DNA of 64,000 nt from Camelus dromedarius (Eukaryota): the NCBI RefSeq assembly GCF_036321535.1, contig NC_087437.1, forward strand, positions 42,162,001 to 42,226,000. The letters are read 5' to 3'. Position numbers and translations under genes: made by a program. The notes beneath the pieces are model-generated. The model ran no database searches, had not been told where the DNA came from, and saw nothing but the letters and a program-made list of their open reading frames with translations. How positions within the stretch are numbered: the first letter of the stretch is position 1; each line of letters starts with the position of its first letter. Shown piece by piece: positions 28,827-42,020 of the stretch.

Positions 28827-29138
28827 GTGTACAAGGGAGAAGAAGCCACATTCCAGATCTCAGGCCTCCAGACCAACACAGACTACAGGTTCCGCGTGTG
28901 TGCGTGCCGGCGCTGTGCGGACACCTCTCAGGAGCTAAGCGGGGCTTTCAGCCCCTCTGCGGCTTTCGCGCTACAGCGAAGCGAGGTCATGCTTACCGGG
29001 GACATGGGGAGCTTAGATGATCCCAAAATGAAGAGCATGATGCCTACTGATGAACAGTTTGCAGCCCTCATTGTGGTTGGCTTTGCAACTTTGTCCATTT
29101 TATTCGCCTTTATATTACAGTACTTCTTAATGAAGTAA
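28827..29138 (+). CDS. FNDC3B: FNDC3B last coding exon: end of last FN3 repeat and C-terminal transmembrane anchor
   Basis: Acceptor ttttcttgcag|GTG. Encodes VYKGEEATFQISGLQTNTDYRFRVCACRRC...PTDEQFAALIVVGFATLSILFAFILQYFLMK then TAA at 29136-29138. Confidence 0.97.
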   Translation: MYKGEEATFQISGLQTNTDYRFRVCACRRCADTSQELSGAFSPSAAFALQRSEVMLTGDMGSLDDPKMKSMMPTDEQFAALIVVGFATLSILFAFILQYFLMK

Positions 29139-30294
29139 ACAAACCCAACAAAACTAGAGGTATGAATTTAATGCTACACACTTTAATACACACATTTATT
29201 CAGATACTCCCTTTTTTAAGCCCTTTTGTTCTTTGATTTATATACTTGTTTTACAGATTTAGCTAGGGAAAAAATATCAGTGTTTTGGTGCACCTTTTTG
29301 AAATGCAAAACTAGGAAGAGGTTAAACTGGATTTTTTTTTAAAAAAAAAAAAAAGCAAACCAGATACCAAAAGCTAGCTTACGTTCTCTCTTAAATTTTC
29401 AGATTTGCCTTTATTCTATTTTTTCACTGATGTCTTTTGCAAGCCTTTGATTTTTTTTTTTCCATGTTACAGTTTAGTAATTTATATTCACCAGTCACTT
29501 CTCACGTCTTGATCATCTGTTTCTGTGAACATGAGTCACAGTGCATGTAGTTACAGGGCTAGGATTTCAGTGTTGTCGGAGTCTTACCACACAACCACCG
29601 CCACATCCAGAGATGTGTTCACTCAGATAAGGCTGCCCTAAACAATTGTTTTGTCACTCAGTTAAACTTTGTTTATTAGCTCATTGAAATGAAAATGTGT
29701 ACTTTAATCTGAGATGTTTTAATAATCTGTATTTCTTATGATTTTAACACTATGAGCTGCCTGTCTAAGAAATCAAGTAACCAAAATGCACCTATAAATT
29801 GTGGAGCATTGTAGATTTTACCACGTCAATTCATAGCAGTAACTTTACGAGGGCATTGTGCAATAGTTAGTTTCCTTGTTCAGCTATTTTAAAAGCTGCT
29901 TTAACTTGTTTGTCTTTGTATATAACTACTTCTAATCTAATCACTAGAGTTATTATATATTCTGTTATGTTTGACCAGAATTATATGACGAGAACTGGTG
30001 ACAGTTTAGTGCCTCTGCCCATTGTCCATGATTTACACTAATTGTGAGCAGTCTTCTTACATGTCAGCTCATTCTTCTTGAAAGATTTGCCTTTAGGCTG
30101 TTCTTTGAGGTATCAATGAAGTGATTGAATTTCAACACCTTAATTCAGTGCACATAATATGAATCTAACAGCAGATGAAAACTGATAAAACCCAAAAGAG
30201 TCATCTAAATTTGTAGTTCCTATTTCTGGGGTTGACCTGGCCACGTGTGGAGAGGGAATGGTCTTCGGTGGTAAGTAAGCACAGGGTGTTTGGG

Positions 30295-30490
30295 GGTCAA
30301 GGAGCCTAGATTCTCTCCCTGGATCTGTCACTAACTTGCTGCGTGACCTGAACACGTCACTTTACCTCTCTGTGCCTCAGTTTTCCCATGCATTAAAAAT
30401 AAAAAAAAAAACAAAATGGGGATTCTAATGTTTGTAAGTGCTTTGAGATCCTTGATCAACAGGTGCTATTGGAGTGCAAAGTGTTACTCT
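30295..30490 (+). mobile_element. MIR-family SINE inside the FNDC3B 3'UTR
   Basis: ctgtcactaacttgctgcgtgacctg..cactttacctctctgtgcctcagttttccc..tgtaagtgctttgagatcctt matches the MIR/MIR3 core and tail. Confidence 0.75.
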
Positions 30491-31755
30491 TGCATGTCTA
30501 TTTTGAGTCATGAGATAATCAGTTTTAACCCAAAGTCATTGGATTATTTATATGAAGTCCATAATGTTCGCGTACCTCAGGGACATTTAAGAGTTGGAGG
30601 TGCAAATATATTCCAAAAGGGTGCAACAGACACAGTGTATCCCCCTGCTTCTGTTTTTGTATATTTTTGCTACTTGGTTTTTCTTGATCATAGCTATTTT
30701 GTGCTTGGTCTATGTTGTCTTAAAATGCAGTATCCTGTACTAGCTTAAAATATTCCCATACCAAAGTCATGGGGAAACCAACATTATTTTGTTTTTGGTT
30801 TATTTATACTATATTCTGCATACAGTACTTTAAATGCCAATTACAGTGCAATCTTTATTTATTGTAAAATTTTTAAAATGTACTTATGTACTAATTTTTC
30901 CTTACTGTAGCATGTTATTTTGTGTTTTATACTTTTGTAATTTTAGGTCAGTCTTGTTCCTCGGCAACATCTGTAGTATTATCATTTTCTGACATTTTCT
31001 TGTTTTTAATGAGCATCTAGTGCATTAAATGCCAAAAAAAAAAATCCATTATCAGTGATTGAAACGTTTACATGTACCCCAAAAAAACCGTAATCATCTC
31101 TTGAAAGAAAGTGCTAAGATCAATGAATTATTCTGTGTGCCTACATTGATGTAGTAAGTACTAGAAAAGTTCTGTATTTTGTTATTGACTATAATTATTA
31201 GTTTAATTAGCCTTGCAAACTGATGGCATCAAGGTAAATATATTTTTGCCAAAGTTCAGGCCTTCCAAAACTCATCCCTCTAAAATGTGTGTTATGACCC
31301 ACTCTGACGGTGCACCTGCATCTTCTGAAACAATTTCATGCAGGTGTTTTGGGGAGAAGGCATTTTTTAAGCAATGAAGATTCAACTGAGTCGAAGAACC
31401 CTGTTTGCAGGAGAACAAAAAGCGTCCCTTTTTGGAAACACTTCAGAACTGCTGCTATAAAGAAATCCTCTGAATTGGTTGAAATTTTTTAAATGAAATA
31501 ATATTTTAGGCCAAAATTGCTATGAACATTTGATCCTTTTGAGATTTTCGTACTATCTATCTGTGTAACCACCAAGAAGCTGAAGTGTGTGAAACACTAG
31601 CTGACGGCACTTTATTTTATTGCTCTCCATTATTTGGTGTTCATTGTAATCCCTTCAGTCAAAAAGTTGTTACTCTATCTGGCACTGTTTTCTATCACAA
31701 TATGTGTACGTGATATTGATATATAACTCTATATATATTGCCATTACACATGAAC

Positions 31756-31766
31756 AATAAAATAAA
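31756..31766 (+). terminator. Candidate proximal polyadenylation signal (overlapping AATAAAATAAA)
   Basis: Two overlapping AATAAA hexamers followed by pyrimidine-rich sequence. Confidence 0.55.
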
Positions 31767-32319
31767 GTGTTATGTTAACCTTCTCTCTTTGCCCTTTTGC
31801 AATATGTAGGAACGAGTGAGTGGCTTTCTGATGCTCTGTATGTCAGACTCCTCCCTGGCACAAGAAATTCCAGTCGTGTGAAGCAAAATGTCCTTTGTCC
31901 TCAAAGACATTGTTTAAAAAGAAAACTTTTTTAAGAAGATTTTTTGCATATTATCTGCCTTGTTCCTATCAACTTGAAACGTTGGCATTTTCTAACCGCG
32001 TTTTGTTGGCTACAGTGATTCAGTATTCCTGTCGAAATTGAAAAGTGCCCTAATTGAATGTGTTTGAATGTTATCCTTGCACAATTCTTTAAATTGAAAG
32101 ACAAAATGTTTTACCTCACTGTTGGACATACATTCCAAGCTTTTCAACTTTAGGAGAGAAAAAAATAATCGTATGTTTTCCTGTATTGTAAATTTTAGAC
32201 TATTTCATATACATTGTATTAAAACTGCCATATCAATTTTAATGTATAGATTTTGCAAATACTATGCTATATGTAATACCTAACTGTACCTGTAGTGTAT
32301 ATGTAATATATTTATGCCC

Positions 32320-32325
32320 AATAAA
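32320..32325 (+). terminator. Distal polyadenylation signal of FNDC3B
   Basis: AATAAA with an upstream TGTA cluster and downstream T/GT-rich sequence (ttgcttttgttgttgtt); base composition becomes more GC-rich shortly after. Confidence 0.8.
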
Positions 32326-33408
32326 TGTTTTAATTCTTTCTGACTTTAAGTAGGGTTCTTCTGCCATGACTAGGATTGCTTTTGTTGTTGTTACTTTTTA
32401 AAACCTTAAACCACATCCCAGAAGTCGTAAATTCAAATGCCTGGAGAGGCCAGGCGGGGGTGCAGTGCAGGGTGCTTCCTGTGCCATCTGAGGGGCGGCT
32501 GCAGCCCAGCCCTTGTCTGAGGTCCTGCGGGATTGCCACCCACCATCACCAAGGCTGATGTTTCACAGAAACTATGAGTCAGACTTCCGTGTGTGAGCCA
32601 GTGAACATGGGAATGTGGACCAGACAGGCCCGGGGGGCGCCAGTTCGTTGTCAGAGTCTGCGTGGATAAAGGACCTCTTTGTCTAACATTTTCTCTGTAT
32701 GCCAAACCCAGGAGCCCAGGTCTACCCCCGTGACTCGCCCAGTTTTGACCTCCTTCCCTCCTCCAGGTCTCATTCCACAGCAACAGCAATAAAGTGGGAT
32801 GTGACCACCGTGGCCACGGCTTCATCATTATAAACTCTCTCTTCCCCACTCTATGAGGGAAAAGTAAGTGGAGAAACTAATTGTTTATAGGAGAAAGAGA
32901 GCTTTGAGTTACAAAGAAGAGTAGGTCATTCTTTGCGGTCAGAGTAACAAGTTGAACACATCAAGTTTTGCATGCTCCAGACTCCACCCCTAAAAATACG
33001 GTAAAGGATTTTTTTAAGTCACAACTACTCTCGACACTGGGAAGAAGGAGAGAGAATTATTAGCACCAGAATTTTAGAAACCCGACTGAAGAAAGCCACA
33101 TTCTAATTTAGTAAGGGAGAAATGACCGCCAATTCAGTTTACACGCAGAAAGTGCTGAAGGCTTACAAGTGGACAGAAGCGTGTCCCTCTGACGTGACCG
33201 TGAAGAGGGAGGGAGGAGTCCAACGTGGTAGGAAGCTGTTTAAAATGCTGTGACATCCATAAAGTCCCTCCCTGTCTTCTTCAGCTGGGCAGCTGCCCCT
33301 CCACCCTGGAGAAACCAGAAGTTTATCCACAGGAGAAGGTAACATTCTCCCAGTCCAGGGGCTATTTTAAGAGTTACCTGAAGATGAAATGGTTCAACAG
33401 GAGCACCC

Positions 33409-33572
33409 TTAGTAATTCTCAGCCATGGCTACACAGTAACACCACCCGGGGAGTTTTTCAGATTCCCTGTGTTCAGACCCTACGCCAAGAACATGAGTAT
33501 TTCTGGAGCATCAATGTTTTTTAAAGCTCCCCAGCTGGTTCCATTGTGCAGCCACGACTGAGAACCACCGTC
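33409..33572. mobile_element. MER5-type DNA transposon remnant
   Basis: ttttttaaagctccccagctggttccattgtgcagccacgactgagaaccac resembles the MER5 end. Confidence 0.65.
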
Positions 33573-33799
33573 CTAAGGTGAAGCTCTCAATTCACTATCC
33601 TATAGCAGCCTTTTAGTCCTCTAGCTTCGCCAACCAACAAGGTAACCCGACATCTGATGAAAGCTGCTAACATGAATGCAACATCCAAAGCCACCAGCTT
33701 GGAAGAATCAGAGGCTAAGGGAGAAGCAGCTTCAGCAAACTATCGTATCCCCAGAGAGATGAGAAAAGTCATGTGCAGACTAAGGGTAGAAAGCTATGG

Positions 33800-34264
33800 A
33801 AAAGAACACCTGAAGAACGTGGGAACACTCAACTGTAAAAAATAAAATGATGCCGTTTGCAGCAACATGGATGGACCTAGAGATTGTCATACTAAGTGAA
33901 GTAAGCCAGAAAGAGAAAGACAAATACCATATGAGATCCCTTACATGTGGAATCTATAAAAAGGAGACAAATGAACTTAATTACAAAACAGAAATAGACT
34001 CAGATATAGAAGACAAACTTATGGTTACCAGGAGGGAAAGGAGGAGAGAGAAATTGGAAGTTTGGGATTTGCAGCTACTAACTACTGTATATAAAATAGG
34101 TAAACAATAGGTCCTACTGTATAGCACAGGGACTATATATTCAATACCTTATAAATAGCCTATAGTGAAAAAGAATATGAAAAGGAATATATGTATATAC
34201 AAATGAATCACTATGCTGTACACCAGAAATTAGCACAACATTGTAAATCGACTGTACTTAAAAA
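33800..34264 (+). mobile_element. L1 3'-end insertion with an atypical 5' leader
   Basis: ORF 33847..34110 (MPFAATWMDLEIVILSEVSQKEKDKYHM) is the L1 ORF2 C-terminus, followed by a cetartiodactyl-type 3'UTR. Possible TSD tatggaaa at 33795-33802 and 34265-34272. Confidence 0.85.
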
Positions 34265-34271
34265 TATGGAA

Positions 34272-34810
34272 ACATTCTTGAAAATTAGAAACTCAGTAGA
34301 ATGGTTAGAAGCTGGAATTAAGAGAATAACCAAAAAAAAAAAAAGTTTTATAAAAAAAAATGGAGACATGAGGATCACACCAGGACATTCAATATCCAAA
34401 TAACAGAACTCCAGAAAGAACAGAGGAAATCTGTAAACACATGAGTACCCAGAGTAGAAGGACACAAAAGTTGCTCAACATGATGGATTAAAATAGGGCC
34501 TCTGGCAAGACACACCGTCTTAAAATTTCAAAGCAGTAGGACCAAGAGAAGCTCCCCCAAAACCAATCACACGGAAGGATTAGAAATCAGAGTAGCTTTA
34601 TACTTCTCAGTAGCAACACTGGAAGCTAGAAATCAGGCAAGATCTTGAAAGGAAAAGATTCCCTACCTGTTTACTCTCAGTCAGGTGTAAAGTATCAAGA
34701 TATTTTTAGAAACTGGAGCGCTCACATACTTGCCTCCCATGCACCCCTTCTCAGGGAGCTGCCCGAGATAATGCTCTCCCGTATGAGTGAATAAACCAGG
34801 AAAGCAGCAT
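34272..34810 (+). mobile_element. HAL1/ancient L1 ORF1-like remnant
   Basis: acttctcagtagcaacactggaagctagaa and cctcccatgcaccccttctcagggagct resemble HAL1. Confidence 0.6.
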
Positions 34811-35369
34811 CCGTGGGATTCCACCTCTGGCGCTGTTTGTGCGGGTCAGGTGTTGGCTCTCTGGCCCTTTGCCTCAGAAGGATTTATACAACTTTGATTT
34901 TAGCCCTTCCCTACCCCCAGTCCTGGTGTGCACGTAAACACATACACACATGCTTCCATGAACAGAGAGTGCAAAATGAAACTTTTGAACACTTCTCAGG
35001 ATATTTGCCTTGAACTAATTAAAACTAACAGATCTGTGTGCAGGTACCCATACCCTTTGTTCAAGGTGGTAACTAAAGAAAGTTCCCACCCCCACTGCTA
35101 GACTCTAAGTGCCTCAAAAGCTGAGGGGAGGGAACAGAAGGTATACCCAGGGCAGCAAGTCTCATTCAGCTCTGCAGCATGTCACAGTGTCTGGCATATA
35201 ATTGAAGCTTGGGGGGAAAACAGGGGTTTTTGCACTCAGTTGACTAATTTGATAGGAAAAGTTCACATAGCAGTGATGAGATCCTTAAGACTCTCTGCTC
35301 CAAACCCTAGTTGTTTGCCATGGGTGTGTTATTTCTGGTGCAATATTTTGATTTTTTAAAATTACGGTC

Positions 35370-36390
35370 AGTAAATTAAAAAGTGGAAATCTCCCACAAA
35401 ATACTGGGATTCCAGATTCCACTGAAGTCTGAGCGACCCGGCAGCTCTAGGCCTGGTGCTGGAAAGGCAGCTATCACCAGGGGTGGACAGTAGCTGTCCT
35501 TGTTGGCTGGCATTCGCTCTGCACCTGGCTGCACTTCCCACCAAGTCCCTGACATGGATGTGGATGGTAATGGCTCTTCTAGAAGAAATCTCCCTGGGCT
35601 CATCTCCATCAACAGGGAGAAAATGGTGGGGGAAGGCCTTCGTGAATGAGGAAGAATGTCTATAAATCTGCTTTTCCAAAAAAAAACACAGGAAAATTAC
35701 CCCTTTTTCAGAGCTTTGGAAATTAACCAAAGACTTGTAACAATCTGAACCTTGGTAAGAACAGCCAGTTTCGTGGTATTTTACCTCAGTCCACTCCCTC
35801 TCCCCCCAGCTCCAGAGGAGCCTGGAAAACCAGCAGCCCTGTAACCACCAGAGGGAGCATATTGGGTCTGGGGCACCTCAATATAACTCATCCCCAGCGC
35901 ACTGTCACTATTTAACCGGCTCACAGCTCTCTGGAAAAGCCCACTTGCAGAATCGTGTTACTTAACCTGCCTCAGAGCTCGCTCTGTGGGAAAGCCTTAT
36001 AGCCAGGGCATTTGTTGAAAGATACTTAGTGGAATTGTTTAAACTTGCAGCAGCTTGAGGGGCAAACAAGAGCCTGGCCCCAAACTTCAAGACCTGGAGA
36101 ACATGCCATGCCCACAAGAGGTTTTACTTTTAAAAAGCTTGTAACATAGTTCTCAGGGTCTGGTAGGCAACGTGCATGTACAGGGCTGTGCGCACACTCA
36201 GCAAAGACTTACGAAGGCCCTGATCTCACTTCTGACTGATCTTCAGGCCTGGTGCAAGCAGGGAGTGAAGGCTAAAGCAGAACTGTAAATTCCCTGTACA
36301 TTGAAGGTGTGCTCCAGTGTAGAGTCCCTTGCCAAAGGCTGGAAGACTTACCAGCTCAAAGCACTTAAGGAAACCTGTTACCATTCATAA
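35370..36390 (+). mobile_element. Old L1 5'-region remnant (L1M4-like)
   Basis: gcaagcagggagtgaaggctaaagcagaactgtaaa and nearby motifs resemble old L1M 5' ends. Confidence 0.45.
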
Positions 36391-37316
36391 ACAGACTGTT
36401 AAACAGAACAGATACTCTAATGGCCAGATGCAAAGAAAGAAGTCTGGAAGGATACAATCTGAATTCAAAACTTGGATTTACCCTAGTGGGAGTGGCAAGA
36501 TGATAAAGAAGATCTTAGTCTTAACTGTGATATGCTTACCTTTTAGATGAAAAAAATGCATTTATGTATTATGCAATTAAAAATTAGTGTATGGTAAACA
36601 AAACCATATAGAAGAAGTAAAATTCCTCCCCCTTTTCTGAGCCAAATAAGGATCTTTCTTAATTTTTTCCCCTAGGACCAAAGGTACAGATTTTGTTTTC
36701 TGTCTGAACAAGTTATAGGAGAAATGTATCCAGTTCAGATAAACATAATTCCTTACAGACATGAACCGTAGAATGCTTATGATTTTCCATTATGGCACTG
36801 TTTCCCAAAGTGAGGCGGTATACAAGATAACTAAGCGGTTACTGTCAACACCTTTTAAATTATGTTTTTGTTATCTGTAGTAGGGAAAATTGTATCTAGC
36901 ATATCAAAGAAAAATAGATAAGATTAAAGTAGATACTTAAGTTTACAAAAGAACAAGAATAGAAAAGCAAACAGTGCAGGTGCTACACAGACATGACAGA
37001 AACCATAGGGCTGATAAGCAAATGACTAACGTTTGAGAACAATGCACCATGGAATGCTGCCTCCTAAAAATACGAATGCGTCTATGCAACATAACACATT
37101 TTAAGTTAGCATCTGCAAATATATTTTTTTCTTCAGGTGAAAAGAGTTCTGTCCAATGATGAATATTCACACAACTAATTAGCTTTTCTAAAGTTAAGGT
37201 GATTTTGCCCAAACCCTGAAGGCTCAATAATGTTATTTTTTCAGAGCCTGAGATAAGATACAATAGATTTTGGTTTCTCAGTAGGCATGTGGGAGAGAAT
37301 GGAAATAATGAGCTGA

Positions 37317-37449
37317 GGGGAGAGGATAGCTCAGTGGTAGAGCACGTGCTTAGCATGCACAAGGCCCTGGGTTCAGTCCTCAGCACTTCACAAATACATA
37401 CATAAATACATAAATTAAAAAATTACCTCCCCATCAAAAAAATAAAAAC
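37317..37449 (+). mobile_element. Camelid tRNA-derived SINE (Vic-1-like) with TSD
   Basis: A-box tagctcagtgg and B-box-like gggttcagtcc; TSD ataatgagc at 37305-37313 and 37450-37458. Confidence 0.9.
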
Positions 37450-40400
37450 ATAATGAGCCTCTCTCCCATCCACTTGTGTTTTTCCAAAATCCCTTGCCCA
37501 GATTTAAGTACATTATTCTGGGGATGGGTCCCTAGCCATTTGGGATTAAGACTCAAGGTAGTCTTGTTCTAATGCCTGAAATTGCAAGATGAAAACCTTG
37601 AAAGTTTTGCGCAGCTGGTTTTCTCATTGTAGAGGACGTAAGGAGAGGTCAGAGAACACGCTGGCAGGAAAAGAGAAGGCAAAAAGCGGGGCAAAGATGT
37701 GATAGGAGATCCCTAGTTACACACCCGTTTATTCTGTCCTTAGGTTCGTTGAGACCCTTTCCCCAGCTTTTTTATGACCCTTTGTATTTAAGCTACTTGA
37801 ACTTGGGTCTCTGACACCAGAGACCAGAAAGAATTAGGAAAGAAAGCACTTAAGACCTATTTCATGTTGCAAAAGAGACTTATTTCAAGTAAGATGTACA
37901 GTGTACAAAATGCACAACCTCAAAGATTTTTGTGCTGGGAATTCATTCAGATCTGGCCTTTATCTTTGTATTTTGCTTTTACATTTCAAGTAATATACAC
38001 TGAACTGGAAGCCTAGAGCTATAGCTTCTATTTTAAAAAAGTAAAATGGTGCTGAACTGGAGCACGTATTAGCACTTGACATGCATCACCTCACTTACGG
38101 CTCCTAACACCACTCTGAGGGGAGCGCAGCCATCCCCTCGAAGCACAGGGCGCTCAAGTAACTTGGGCAAGGAGGACTGAGTGTTGATGGAGGAGTCAAG
38201 CCTGGCTCTAACGCATTTCTGAGGCCAGTATACTGTGCTGTGCTGTGCTGCCTGCCCGAGCCCTTCAGGACCTCTCCCATTGTGGTTATATCTAACTGAG
38301 GTGAACAAAAGTGATACCAGCATTGGACTTAATCTCAAATATTGTGCTGTTAAAATACGGTTTAAACAAATATTAAAGGACCAGCAGCCGTAGCTTTGAC
38401 CCTCAGGCTTGAGGCCATGCCTTCAGTGCCATCCTCACCCCTCCTGATGAAGGAAAGGCACCAGGTGTCCTCATCCAAGAGTCCGATGTTTGACTAAGGG
38501 ATGGTCATGTCTCTAATAAACAGACTGAAACTCCTCTGAAACAAGGAGTGAAAACTGGGTTCTGAGCCGCCGTTTCCTCCAATGTAAGGCAATTTGAATT
38601 ATATAATCTAAAGTTCTTAGCTTTATGATTCTATGAAGACTGGACTCCTCTTAGGTAGGTGGGCTTCTGTCCAAACTTCAGTTCCTTGACTGATATGATC
38701 AGGGGACAAAGTGCCCTTGCAAGATCCTCCACATATGCACAACCTTCAACTTTGGCTGAGAAAATTGAACCAAGCCATCTGTAAACACCTGCAATCTGGA
38801 TTGCAAAACTGCCAATCAAGAAGGTTGCCCAGCCAACCACAGTATTCATACTGCTCAGAGAGCACATCACATTTCTACAAAGCACATTTCAGATGCCACC
38901 ACAGAGGGGTTAGGAAATGTAAAATGGTACAGGGAGGAGGATCGAGATGGCAGAGTAAGAGGCCTTGAAGCTCACCTCTCCCAACAAACACATCAAAAAT
39001 ACATCCACACGTGGAACAATTCTCACCGAAAGCCAGCTGGAAACTGGCAGAGATGATCTATACCACGAAAGTGGCAGGAAAGAGCTCCATGTAACTGGGT
39101 TGGACAGAAAAAAATAAAAATATGTTAAGATAGGACCAGTGCCCCTGGGAGGGATCTGTAAGAAAAGAAGGTCCACACAGGCAGACCCTCACCCTGGGGA
39201 GCCCCCTTGCCTGCTAGGAAATCTGCCGGGACAGCTGGAGGGGCTGGAGCAGCCTAGACTCTAGTCACAAGGAGTGTGCGCAAACTGGTTTGCTAGCCAT
39301 CAGGGTAGAGAGACATTTGAACTGGCAGCTGCCACCTCACCACACTTCCCAGTCCACAGGGGTGAATGCCCTGTCCTGCTTGCTCCATACCGCAGCCTGG
39401 TGCTAGATCAGGGCAGAGATTCCGTCCAGCTGCCCAAAGACAGCACGGTGCCTGGATTGTGATCTAAGCTGAGCCTCAAAGACTATTGTCAGTGCATGCG
39501 TGTGGGTGGCGGATGGAACTGAGGAGACCGTTGGCGCGCACACTGGGCTGTGGGTGAGCCAGGCACTGTCAGTGTGCATTATCGACACCACTGGAACACA
39601 CAGCTGCTAAGTGCTGAATCTCAGGCAGATAGGCCCCAGGAGAGGACTTGATCTAGCTGTGCAGAGACAGCCCAGAGGGCCTGGGGTGTAGTCTAGGGGG
39701 AAGCCAAGGGACAACCATCAGCTCCCGCAATGGCAGCGCCACAGGAACACACAACAGCTGGGTGCCGCATCTCGGGGCGACAGGTCCTGGGCAGCAGTGT
39801 GGGAGTTCTCTGGCTCTGCCTACTCTACACCACAGCTTGGAGCTGGGTCTGAGGCAGACAGGTCCTAGGAGAGGTCTGCCACAGAGGCAGCACAATCACC
39901 GCAATTCCTGCAGCCACACCCCAGGCCCCAGCCCCAGTCTACTCCACACCACAACCTAGCCCTAGATCTGGGACAAACAAGACATAGAAAGAGACACAAC
40001 CTTGGGCTGCTTCTGGGCAGAAGTGCAGATGTGGGCACAGGCAGCACACAGGTTTGTTGCGACCACATGAGCCTCACTGGCTTTAGCGGTCACCTCCTTT
40101 GGGGCAGAGCATGCACTCGGGGCAATGGAGCCTGATGAAACCTGACCCTCAGGGCTTCTACAACAACAAATGGGGAGAAGACCCCACCCTCAAAAGGGCA
40201 ATGACAGCCACGAAGCAAAGAGGAGGCCCTGTCCCACAGTCAGCACAGGCTTTAGATACCACAGCACACATCACACCCCCTATCAAGGGGGTAATGCCCA
40301 GCACACTCGAAGGAGAGATGTGGCTGGCATCTATACCAAAACCAGGCTTCATACCAAAAATATTGGACTCACACAGTCTTTACAGGGACATTCTCACATG

Positions 40401-42020
40401 AAAACACCTCTTCAAGACCACAGTAAACAATTATTTCTCCTAAATTCATAGAGGCAGAGAAAGTAAAGTAAAAAAGCAGAGAAACCAATTGAAAAGACAA
40501 GAGCAATCCCCTGAAAGAGTAACAAAACAGACCTCACCAGTCTACTAGACTTCAAGTTCAAAAAGGAATTAATAAAAATGCTAAAGGAATTACGATTATT
40601 GATAGTAACATCATGGTAACAAGGAACTAGAAACTGTAAATATAAACCAATCAAAATTAGACAATTCAATTGCCAAGATAAAAACCAATCTAGAAGCAAT
40701 GAATAGCAGCCTAAGTGACACAGAAGAACAAATAAGTGATCTGGAAGATAGAATAATGGAGATTACTCAATCAGAACAGCAGACAAACGAAAAAAGATGG
40801 AAGCAACATATGAGATCTATAGGATAATCTAAAGTGTGCCAACTTACACATAATAGGTGTTTCAGAAGGAGAAGCAAAAAGGGGGTTGAAAATATATTTA
40901 AAGAAACTATGGCTGAAAACTTTCCAAAGAAGGAAACAGATATCCAGGTACGGGAAGCACAGAGGGTCCCAAACAAAATGAACCCAAATAAAGCCACACC
41001 AAAATATGCCATAATTAAAGTGCAAAAGTTAGAGGATACTAAAGGCAGCAAGAGAAAAACAAAGAGTCAGTTACAAGGGAACACCCATAAGACTGTCAGC
41101 TGACTTCTCTGCAGAAACTCTGCAGGCTACAAGGGAGTAGCATGATATACTCAAAGTCCTAAAAGGGAAAAATCTGCAGCCCAGGATACTCTACCCAGTA
41201 AAGTTACTATTTAGAATAGGAGAGATAAAGAAATTCCCAAACAAAAACTACAATAATTCAGCAATACTAAACCTACTCTAAAAGAAATATTGAAAGGTCT
41301 TCTCTAAATAGAAAGCAGTAAGAATCTATAGGAAAGGAAAAAATATAATAGGAAAGGCAAATATATAAAAGGATTGAAGATGACTTAACTAAGCCAGTAC
41401 ATAGATTAAAAACAACCCAAAAATTTTGTAAAAGAAACTATAACTAAAATTAACAGCAAAGAGGTAAGCATAAAGATACATCATAGGACATCAAAGTCAC
41501 AAAATGTGGGAGAGAGGAGTGTTACAATGTAGATCTTCTAGAATGTGTTTGAACTCATATGAGCATCAGTTTAAAGCAAGTAGATAGTTACAGGCCAACA
41601 TACTTGAAATTCAGAGTAACCAAAAATCAAAAACTTACAATAGATTCACAAAAGCCAAAACAAAAGGAACTCAAGCATACTACAAAAGAAAACCATCAAA
41701 CCACAAAAGGGGGAAAAAAAAAAAGAAGAAGAAGAAGAAATGAATAAAGGACTACAAAACTTGAAAACAAGGCTTAAAATGGCAATAAGTACATACCTAC
41801 CAAAAATTGATTTAAATGTCAATGGACTAAATGCTCTTATCAAAAGACAGTGACAGTTTGGATTTTTTAAAAAAGAACCTACAATATGCTGCCTGCAAGA
41901 AAGTCACTTCAGAGCAAAGACACACAGAGACTGAAAGTGAGGGGATGGAAAAAGATATCTTGTGCAAATGGAAATGACAAGGAGGCAGGGGTAGCAAAAC
42001 TTATATTGCACAAAATAGAT

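Larger units (their letters stand above)
29139..32345 (+). other. FNDC3B: FNDC3B 3'UTR (~3.2 kb)
   Basis: Long AU-rich, repeat-poor stretch after the stop codon, ending just after AATAAA (32320-32325), which is preceded by several TGTA motifs. The exact cleavage site is inferred. Confidence 0.8.

Noticed and set aside
37317..37390. tRNA-like sequences at 20.6, 37.3, 47.8 and 53.9 kb as tRNA genes
   Set aside because: They share a SINE tail (aattacctc) and A-rich ends, two have clear TSDs, and they are mutated relative to each other, so they are SINE heads.
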